Source of the DNA: Octopus vulgaris
Lineage: Eukaryota
Length of the DNA: 64,000 bases
Direction of reading: 5' to 3'
Assembly: GCA_951406725.2 (NCBI GenBank)
Contig: OX597823.1
Span: forward strand, 105,028,001-105,092,000
Under the pieces are notes generated by a model, which was not told where the DNA came from, made no database searches, and saw only the letters and a program-made list of their open reading frames with translations. The position numbers and the translations under genes are program-made. Numbering within the stretch: position 1 is the stretch's first letter; each line of letters starts with the position of its first letter. Below, piece by piece: positions 53,346-64,000 of the stretch.

Positions 53346-54740
53346 ATATATATATGTGAAAGAAATGATAGAGATGGAAAATGGAATAAACAGGAAACTT
53401 TATTGCTCACAACAACCATTTCGATACATCCTACATCGATCCCTCATTGGTGAGAAGCTATGCAACTAGTTGTGGTGCATCTCTCTGTGCAGAAGCATCT
53501 CATCAGGTGATTCAATAAAAAGTATCTCACAAAATAAACTCTGTTTCACTCGGATTTAATATAGCATATTGCTAGTGTGCATAGGTTTAAGTTGTTGGGC
53601 TCAAGGTACACTGAGGAATCCCTGAGGTAGATCCAACAGCGATTATGTAATTACCATAGATGATACCAGTTAGCCATAGAGAGTGAACTACTGGTGTACG
53701 GCTAGGAATATACCCAACACTTAAATATTAACTTGTATATATATATAGTTAGGTCTGCCTGCTGGAGCCTAGCAGCAGGTATTTAAAGGGAAAAGTTTGA
53801 CAAGTCAGCCAGTCGCCCTCTGGCACTCGTTGATGCTACATCGAAGAGGCCAGGGAACAGAAGAAAGGAGACATGCACCCAACACCAGAGCTGAAGACAC
53901 CTCCGAAAGTATGGGGGCCTGCCACGTCAAAATGGTAGAGGAGTAGGGGCCGAAACTGGATGTGGTTCCTCCTGATGATGTCTTAAGCTAACTGGATCCT
54001 ATAAAGGAGCTGTTGTGGCAGCAGACCATGAAACACGGTTGAAATTCCTATATATATATATATATATATAATTGTCATGCTATTTAATATCAGTTTTCAA
54101 TTCTTCCATGTTGGCATGGTGCTGGATTGTTCAAAAGGATCTAATGAATTAGAAGACTATATTGTCTTCCAATGCCTAGTTTCTATGGCCAGATGCCCTC
54201 CCTAATGCCAGACATTCACAAAGTATATTGAGTGCTTTTTCCTTGGCACCAGCACTAGCAAGGTTATCATATAACTTGCATGACTAAAAAATCCCTTTGC
54301 CTGAGTGTTATTTATAATAGATGGGTATGTGGATTTATGTTAGGTGCTGAACGGCTAAAGTATGGTAGAGGAGGACCAGAATAGACCAAAAAGAGCTCTT
54401 TACTAAATTAAATAAAAATTAAAACACCAAAATAAGGAAGAATATTGTCAGGAAAATTTTCTGAGACCATAGTTAATTATAAAGAGGTATTAATTGTCTT
54501 TGTAAATAAATGTAACATTTGGGTAGTTAGTGCAATTCCTGAGGCAGTAGTGTCATGGAAACAATAATGTGGTTTCTGTTATGATTAACGAACTAAAGTT
54601 AGAGAATGTCTGCTCAAGTGTCCATTATATAATCTTGTTCTTTAACTGCAATTATTCTCCAGCTTTAGATATTGTGTACTTGCTCAGGAAAACAGAGTGG
54701 GTGGGGAACACTTTATAATCTAATCAGTATTGTATACATA

Positions 54741-54807
<67 letters not shown>

Positions 54808-54809
<2 letters not shown>

Positions 54810-55900
54810 AGAACCATGCTAATAGCTTAGGAGTGAAATTTAGGATTTCTCGCTTTTCTGTTAATCGATTTTGATAAAACTTTTCCCAGCTGGTTTGCAC
54901 ACTATAGCAACGCCATTGTTATGTTTTCATTATTCTGTGTAACGCTATTTCTTTTTTATTTCAGATTCTTCAGCTTTTGAGTGAACCATGCTAATAACTT
55001 TCGAATGAAAACAGCCCATCTAGACATTTATTTTTCAGAAAATGAAGGATAATGGTGCATATTGAGTGTAAATTGAGTATAATTTTTAACAGAAAATCAT
55101 AATATTATAACATTTATTGACATAATTAATTATTTAGTCACATGAGTGCCATTTCGATGGATAACTTTAAAAACCCTATTAGGCATGGAATCTGTCAATT
55201 TCTTAACAGTAGCAAGTTGGACTGCCTCTTTTGCAGCTTTGATGGTCCCCCATAACACATCTTTCGATATTAATTGGCTTCCATTGTCATAAACATCTTG
55301 TTTAATGATGGACCAAAGATTTTCAATAGGGTTGAAATCCAGAGATGCTGGTGGCCACACCTTCAACCTTCGTATACCGTAAGACCCTAGAAATGTTTGG
55401 GTGGTCCAAGCAGAGTGATTGAGAACATTGTCATGCATGAATGTGAGATTCCTTAAATGTGACAGTAGTTTGTAATCTAGCCAGGGATCCAAGACCTCCT
55501 TCAGGAGATTGCAGTAGGCAGCTGCGGTCACTTTAACCCTTTCAGGAATCCTGACTGGGCCAACAAGTTTGTTCCTAATGATATCAGCCCACAAAATGAC
55601 CCCTCCACACTGTTGTGCTCATCTTCAAAAGAGACCCAACCATTTGCCCAACCGATAGGTCTGTCAAGGGTCACCCTGGTTTCGTCAGGGAACAGAACAC
55701 AACTCATGTCTTACATCATGTACTTTTGGGCCCATTGAAGCCTCAAACTACTGTGATGGGGCAATTTCAAGGGTTCTCGCATGGAAGACATGATCTTGAG
55801 GATTTCTGGTAGTTTTCAGTACATGAGGAAATCTGGAGGTGGTGAAAAGGGCTTTGCTTTTTTGTCCAGGTTTCCTACATAACTTGTGGATTCCTTATAC
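54808..55900 (-). mobile_element. Tc1-type (DDxE) transposon remnant
   Basis: ORF 55130-55594 FMHDN...WPPASLDFNPIENLW; terminal motif GAACCATGCTAATA repeated at ~54810 and ~54983. Confidence 0.85.
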
Positions 55901-57466
55901 TCCACTATACTGTGTAGTTGACAAATATCAAAGATGGACAATGCACATGACAATTTATCCATCGCACCCTGTATATACAATGGGCTTCTTTCAGTTTTCT
56001 TCTACTAAATCCATTCACAAGGCTTTGGCCAGCCCGAGGCTATAGTAGAAGATATTTACCCAAGATGCCATGCAGTGGGACTGAACCTGGAACCATGTGG
56101 TTGAGAAGCCAGCTTCTTACCACACTGCCACACCTGTAGCTGTTATTCTTAAATGTTAATGTAAAAAGGAAATCACATCTTGTAACACCTGCTTTCCTGT
56201 TAACTATGGAGTATTTATTATCACATGTAAGTAATTATGTGTCCTAGCAGTTAGGGTTACCCACTCATTGATTGTAATGTAATGGTTTTCAATTCCTGGA
56301 CCAGGTGGCATGTTGTGTCCTTGAGCAAGACACTTCATTTCCCTTCATTGCTCATGTCTATCAGCTGTACTGAGCACCAGCCAGATTGCTGCTGTATAGT
56401 CCTCTTTCTCTCCAACCACCAAATCTTGGATATTTTGTTGCATCAAGGGTGATGGGGGTTGAGAAAGTGTCTATGGCTGCTTCCAGCTGCATAGCTCTTA
56501 AAACAATGAGAATAAACATAGTAGATACTACCAAATCATGCTCACCCCTGAGTGAATGGCTCGCTTATACTGTACTATATATTTTCACCTCAAAACAACA
56601 TATAAAGAGAAGATAATGTAACCAGCTGAGCACCAGGAAATATAACAGTCTCCACTAACAACTCTTTATACATCAACGTACATTCATGTGATTCTATTAT
56701 AAGTCACTCTCACGATGTAATGGTGATATTACCTGCACAGTTCAATTATATTAAATTTTCTTGTGAATCAAAACCAATTAATGGTTGTTTATTTTCTTTC
56801 CAGTCAATTCATTCTAAAGTGCTGAATGAAATGGATTGCCAACTTTTGGTTTTTATGGTTGCTTTAGAATTGAAAAATTGATTTTAAAAATCAAATTAAT
56901 CAATTCTATGCATTTCCAAATAAAATCAATAAGAGGAATAATAATTTCTTAAAGCCACAGAGAATTAGAAATATGCAGTGTTTTTTGTTTTGCATTGAAA
57001 TGGACAAAATTTGTCGAATGTATACATAGCTTGTTGCTTTATATTTTTAGCAATAAATTTGTAGAGGATATTGACTTTCCTCTTGGAGGTACTCATGTCA
57101 TATCTCTGTATCTAGTCACTTCATTTATCTTTAAGTTTCAGACTCAATTTTGTTTCATTATGCTAATTAGTGTTGGTTAGTAACACAGTGCAGTTTGAAC
57201 ATTCTGTTTCTTCATCCTCATCAGTAGCATCGTCGTTGTTGGCGTCATCATCATCGTCATTGTTCTCATCCTCATTATCATCACCACCACCATCTTTGTC
57301 ATTGCTGTCATTTTAGCATCCACTTCTTTTATGCTTGCATGAACCAGATGGAATTAGTTGAGGCAGGGTTTTCTACCTCTGGATTCCCCTCATTTCACCA
57401 AACCTAAACTCTGACCCGACAAGGTAATGATTCTAAAAGTCAAGAACGTTCTTCAGTGGAATTGAA

Positions 57467-57744
57467 AAATGAACAACATGACTTGTGTGACAATGATACT
57501 TGCTTGTGACCATCACATGGTGTCAAGACATGGGTATATATGCATACACTATTCATGTGCACAACCATACATATACATAAAGCTGCACCAGGCACTATGG
57601 GTGCAGATTCATGTATATGTATGGCTGTGCACATGAATATATGTATGTGTGTATGTGTGGGGGGGGTGTATGCATATATACCCATGTCTTGACATGTGAT
57701 GGTCACAAGCAAGCATCATTGTCACACATGTCATGTTGCTCATT
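57467..57744. mobile_element. Nearly fully palindromic MITE-like element
   Basis: CAACATGAC..TGTGACAATGA..GTCAAGACATGGGTATATATGCATACAC mirrored at the right end. Confidence 0.8.
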
Positions 57745-58096
57745 ACACACACACACACACACATATATATATAGGGGACCAAAAGACACCTGTTGTTTAT
57801 GTCCTATTGTTTGTATTTGTAATTGTGTACCATTTCTCCATTTTTTCGTCCTTATTTTGTATACATTCGCTTGCTTTCTTCCAAAGAATTTAGTGCTCTT
57901 AGATTAGATTTTCTTGGGGCTGGCCAGATTAGAGTAGTCTCGAGAGTAACTGGCTGAAACTGCAAAGACTATCTGGTACTCAACTGAAGATTGAAAGCTC
58001 CAAATGATCTGGCCTTATTTGTATCATCTAACTGTCCAAATGTTTTGATGTCACCTGTTACGCTCTTGTTCCATTTTTGTTTTGTTTATATGTATG

Positions 58097-58146
<50 letters not shown>

Positions 58147-58689
58147 CATATACATGAATATATAAATGAAGTCAGGTGCAGTTTTTTGGCTTGTCAGCTC
58201 CTGTCAACCTGTCCAACATATGCCAGCATGGAAGATGGATGTTAAATGATGATGATGTTTATATATAAGTATGTATATATGTATATATATGTGTATATGT
58301 GTGTGTGTGTATACCTATGTATGAATGTATGAATATATGTTTGTTTGTATGTATGACTCTATCTATGAACATATATAAATACATACAAACATATATATGC
58401 ATATACACACACATAGAGTTTCCAGTCCTCCAAGTTCCATATCAGTTAACTTTTTCTCAACTACAATTTCAATCTTTATGCTTTCCAATGCTGTTGACTT
58501 TTCACCAACACACCAAGCTGTTCCTGAGAGAGGAAGACAATGTCATCAAGTTTATTCTGAACACCCTATACATACATACACACACACATACATACATACT
58601 ATACATACATACATACATACATACATACATACATACATACATACATACATACATACATACATACATACATACATACATACATGGGGCCC

Positions 58690-59120
58690 TGGGATATGTA
58701 ACACACTGCCTAAATACCAATCTTGAGAAATTAGACTTCTCAAAACTAGAAAGAAGAAAGCCAATCCGAAGATCCAATCCATCACTGGAACTGTAAAAAT
58801 CTGTAAAACTTTCCAGAAGTTTATCATCTTCAATGAGAACCTTTTCCCGTATAACAACGCTCCACATTCCCTGAACTTCACCTAGCCAAGTCTTATTCTT
58901 GTTGTCAGAGCTGCTTCACATCCACCACTTACATCCATCCTATCTTCCAAATAACAAAACCCTCTCACAGTTTCCACCTTGTTACATAATGTTTTCACTG
59001 GTTCCACCAGCCCTCCAGTTCCTTTCTCACATCTTCCACTAACAAACTCTCTTGCCACTCTTGGGGTCACCGTCTTCATTTTCATACATCTACCATGAAT
59101 CCATTTCTCACATATCACAT
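58690..59120 (-). mobile_element. RTE LINE fragment
   Basis: CEKWIHGRC...VETVRGFCYL..SGGCEAALTTRIRLG. Confidence 0.7.
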
Positions 59121-59567
59121 AGGTGCTGCCAGGGTTGTGTGGTAAAAAGCTTGCTTACCAGCCACATGGTTCTGGGTTCACTCCCACAGTGTGGCACCTT
59201 GGACAAGTGTCTTGTACAATAGCCTTGGGGCTAACCAAAGCCTTGTGAGTGGACTTGGTAGACAGAAACTGGAAGAAGCCCATCGCATGTGTGTATATGT
59301 GTATGTCCTTGTGTGTGTGTGTGTTTGTCACCCCCATCACTGCTTGACAACTGGTGTTGGTGCATTTATGTCCCCATAATTCAGTTGCTTGGCAAAAGAG
59401 ACAAATAGAATAAGTACTAAGCTTCAAAAAAAAAAGTCCTTGGGTCAAGTGTTTAACTAAAACCTTTCAAAATGGTACTCCAGTATGGCCACAATCAAAT
59501 GATTGAAACAAGTGAAAGAGTGAATGAGTAAAAGAATATACTCATATATATATATATATATATATAT

Positions 59568-59960
59568 AGCGAGAATTTGAGGTTATAAGAGGTAATGGTG
59601 TCATTGAGACCCAAAGGTGTCAGGTAATGCTGAATAAGTGCTATAGACAGACCGTAGTTAAGTTCCAGATTCGGTAAATATTGCGAATAAAGGGATTGAC
59701 GTTTGTTCTATGTCACCGTGTGTATATATGAATTTTTTGCGTAATGAGATAAAAAAAACCAAGGCTGTATAGATATTAGAGCATTTATAGATAGAAGGTC
59801 TTACAGCTGTTTCTAGGATATTAATTAATAATATCCCTTCATCGGAGACGGTGGGAGAGGAAAAATTTAGTCATAGTTAGTTTCGATGTGATACAAAATA
59901 GAGAGTAAGGTGGAGGAAAGAAATGTATGGTTATTGAATTCGTAAATCTGTTTTATGTAT
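59568..59960 (-). mobile_element. PLE-pLTR-like fragment within (TA)n
   Basis: TA-flanked on both sides; contains a hammerhead motif. Confidence 0.6.
59798..59849 (-). ncRNA. Type I hammerhead ribozyme (CCGAUGA core variant)
   Basis: GUCU-CCGAUGA-AG GGAUAUUA UUAAU UAAUAUCC UA-GAAA-CAGCUG-UA-AGAC. Confidence 0.75.
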
Positions 59961-62251
59961 ATATATATACAAACATTCATGTTGCTCCAGTTTTTCGAGC
60001 TGAAAATGACTACCAGCAGTCCATGGAAGTTCACACTGTACCAAACTGGCCTCCTGTTTAGGTGAAGTGGGGATTTTGTGCTTCCAGACAAAATGTTCTG
60101 AAAATCCAGCCTTATGAGTCTGTAGACTTGAAGTAAACTTTTGGCTCTTTTCAAGCCTCCTATACTTGTACGTTTCCTCTCTGACTAAATTGTATGGCCT
60201 TTTAAATCTTTAAATATTTACAAACATTTCCAGTTTTTTATGTTCAGAGTTCAAATTCCCCTGAGGTTGGCCTTGCCTTTCATCCTTTTAGTTTTGATAA
60301 AATGACTACCATTTGGGGACTAGGGTTGATGTAATTGACTGTTCCCCTTCCCTAAAACTGCTGGCCTTGTGCCAAAACTTGGAACTAGTATATGCCAAAT
60401 ATACCAAATATTTTTTCTTCTAAGAAACTGTGACTCACATTATATTGTCAACACAATAGAAAATTTTCTTGTAAATTTCTATTTCTTTGAAGAAGAACTC
60501 TTCATAAAATATTAATATTGATTTCCTCATTAAACTTATTTCACAAATTTTATTAACTGTTTATTTATCAAAGGCAACATATCACGGGTTTCCTCAATTT
60601 TCAGTTGTTTTATTTTTGCCATAAATAGCATAATTAAGTACAAATATGGCACTTTGACGTCAGATTATGTGTTCTTATGAACTTGAATTTTGAAATCAAA
60701 TCAATTCTCACAAGAAAACCGCATACATAAGTGCAGGCATGGCTGTGTAGTAAAAATTTTGCTTGGTTCTGGGTTCAGTTCCACTGTGTGGCATCTTGGA
60801 CAACTGTCTTCTTCTCTAGTGCTCAGCAGACCAAAGTTTTGTGATTGAATTTGATAGGCAGAAACTGAAAAAAACCCCTGTCCTCTGTATATATGTATAT
60901 TGGCCACATACAGTGAGGATAACATTCCACAGGCTGGAGCAGTCTGAATGGGAAATGATGCTCCACTTACCATATCCGCTGGACATTGGCCCATCTGGTT
61001 ATCATTTATTCCACAATCTTCATAATCAACTGGACAGAAAATATATGAATTCTGTGGATGAGGTCAGAACAGTACTGGACAATTCTGGAAAGAGGGTGTT
61101 TTCAAGTTAAAAGAAAGATGGACACACATTGTGCAACAAAATGGCTCAAATTTGGTTGATTAAAAATGTAATGGCAAGTATTTATTGACTTTTTCATTCC
61201 TTTAAAAATCGGCACAAACTTTCCGGACAAATATATGTAAATATATATATATATATATATATGTATATGTATATATATATATGTATATGTATATATATGT
61301 ATATATATGTGTGTGTGAGGGCAGCTGCATCAAACTCTCTTATGCACCAAATGGCAATTGCTAAAAAGCATTCGTGAAGTAAAATCATGTAGCAACACCA
61401 AATGGTGGTGCCCCAGCATGGCCACAGCTTTTGAGCTGAAACTAGATAAAAATAAAAAATAAAATATATATATATAGAGAGATGTATGTATGTATATATG
61501 TGTATATATATGTGTGTGTGTGTGTGTGCCTGGAGGAGGTAGTGCTGCCCTGGGTCAAGAGGGTGGCTGCTGGAAGACCCTTTGTCTGACAACAGGATTT
61601 TGCACCATGGCACATAAGCAGGAGAACCCAGTCATGGTTGTCAGAAAATTTCTGTTACTACATCACTCCTGACATCTGTCCACCTAACTCCTCAGATGAC
61701 AATCCCCTTGATTATTATGTGTGGGGTGCAGTTGAGCAAAAGACCAACAAAACTCTCTGTACCACCGAAGATGAACCGAAGGCAAAAATTATGGCAGCAT
61801 TCACCAACTTAAACAAGGAGACCATCTAGAAGAGTTACAGGAGATTGCAGAGTTGTTTGGAGGGTGTGGTTGAAGCTGATGGCAATTTTATTGACTACAT
61901 TTAGGCACAGGAGTGGCTATGTAGTAAGTAGCTTGCTTACCAATCACATAGTTCTGGGTTCTGTCGAACTGCATGGCACCTTGTGCAAGTGTCTTCTACT
62001 TTAGCCTCAGGCCAACCAAAGCCTTGTGAGTGGATTTGGTAGATGGAAACTGAAAGTAGCCCATCGTATATAATATATTATATATATATATATGTATGTG
62101 AGTGCATATGTTTGTGTGTGTGTCCCCCAACATCACTTGACAACTGATGCTGTTGTGTTTACATCCCTGTAACTTACCGGTTCGACAAAAGAAACCAATA
62201 GAATATGTACTAGGCTTACAAAAAATAAGTCCTGGGGTGGATTTGCTCTAC

Positions 62252-62700
<449 letters not shown>

Positions 62701-63544
62701 TATATGTATGTATGTACATGTATGCATAATAAATATTTCTGCCATTATCTCCCACTAAAAGTAGATGTTTTGTTAAAACACAAAATGTTGTGTTATGTAC
62801 CATGAGAGATCCTCTTGCATCGAATTGTGGTGCCCATAGCATTTGTGTTTAGATTAGACATTTTAATATATAAAGCACCAACTTTTTAAATTGTTTTCTT
62901 TCTGTTTGTGATGCCGGAAGGAGAAGTCAGTGTCTATCCTGGGAAAGGTGAAAGAGAGAGAAAGAAAGTATTGTAAAGTGTGGTAGATTAGATAGATATA
63001 GGTGGGAAATTGAAAGGGTGGGATTTAGCAACTTGTGAGAAAGGCAGACGTGAATAGTCACTTAAAAATATGGCATGGGTAAGGAAACTAGTGGAAGCCT
63101 GCATGTCTATAACAGTATTATATTTACTATGGAAGAAATATTTTTGCTCTGCAATGGAAATTTTTTTCTGTCACTGCTTCTAGACTTAAATAAGGCAACA
63201 CGCACACACACAAACATTACTTTCTTCAATATTTACATCTGTTTTTCATGCTAGAATGGGTTGGACAAATACTTATTATTATCCACACCTTCTGACAGTA
63301 TAACTTACTCCAGCAGTGCCAAACAACATTGATGCCACAGGAATATCCCAATATTTCCGTCCATACTATTGCAGGCCTCTGTGTCTTTTTGCCCCTCCAT
63401 TATCCATACAGCCATCACACACCAAATGGTATATGCTGTAACCATTCAAGCCATGCAGCAACCATTTTGTTTCACTGTTTGCTGTTCTCAGCTCTCAGCT
63501 CTGGTTGGTCCTACTCTCACATGCTTTGGTGTGTGTGTGTATAT

Positions 63545-63606
<62 letters not shown>

Positions 63607-63627
63607 ATGTTGTGTTAAAAACAGCTC

Positions 63628-63664
<37 letters not shown>

Positions 63665-64000
63665 TGGAGAAAGAGATATGTATAGATGCACGTACATATA
63701 TAAGAAATTTAAGAGTAAAATATAAATTTTGCTTGGAAACAATGGATAGTTGTTGTGTGTGTTGTTATAAAGGTGTGACGGTGGTGGTGTTCATTGTTTT
63801 ATTGTTAGGTGGTAGTATGGAAATAAAAGCAGCGAGCTACTTGTAGAGTAACACTGGTGTTGTTGTTATTATCATTGCTGTTTGTGCTGCTGATGGTGGC
63901 AGTGGCGATTGGGATGTCGATTTTATTGTTGTTGTTGGAATATAAGTAAGGGTGGTGATGGTGGTGGAGGAAGAGCAGAGCGGGGGTGGGGTAAATAAAC

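Noticed and set aside
57773-58085. Hammerhead in a TA-flanked repeat (CTGAAGA near 57983)
   Set aside because: No properly placed GAAA, stem III or stem I
59965-60185. Possible host exon
   Set aside because: Balanced composition but no identifiable protein motif or clear splice pair

Overview
Eukaryotic, very AT- and microsatellite-rich DNA made almost entirely of transposon debris. The SINE/LINE repertoire and repeat load resemble an octopod cephalopod (inference). No host protein-coding gene can be supported, and most ORF-track entries are microsatellite artefacts. Supported elements: a near full-length L1/Tx1-clade LINE inside a (GATA)n tract, a Dong/R4-like fragment inside (TAA)n, a 5'-inverted Penelope-like element (GIY-YIG), CR1 and RTE fragments, a Gypsy LTR+integrase remnant, a solo LTR with TSD, Tc1/mariner/maT remnants, a non-autonomous Helitron, many SINEs, a tRNA-Cys pseudogene and two minisatellites. 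The most notable signal is a set of unrelated short non-coding elements, mostly in (TA)n-type tracts and tandemly or invertedly duplicated, each carrying a minimal type I hammerhead ribozyme motif with a palindromic stem III. The best case is a 363-bp retrozyme-like unit at 31184-32255 whose core has the compensatory U3:A8 variant. All structures were read by eye and need computational and biochemical confirmation.
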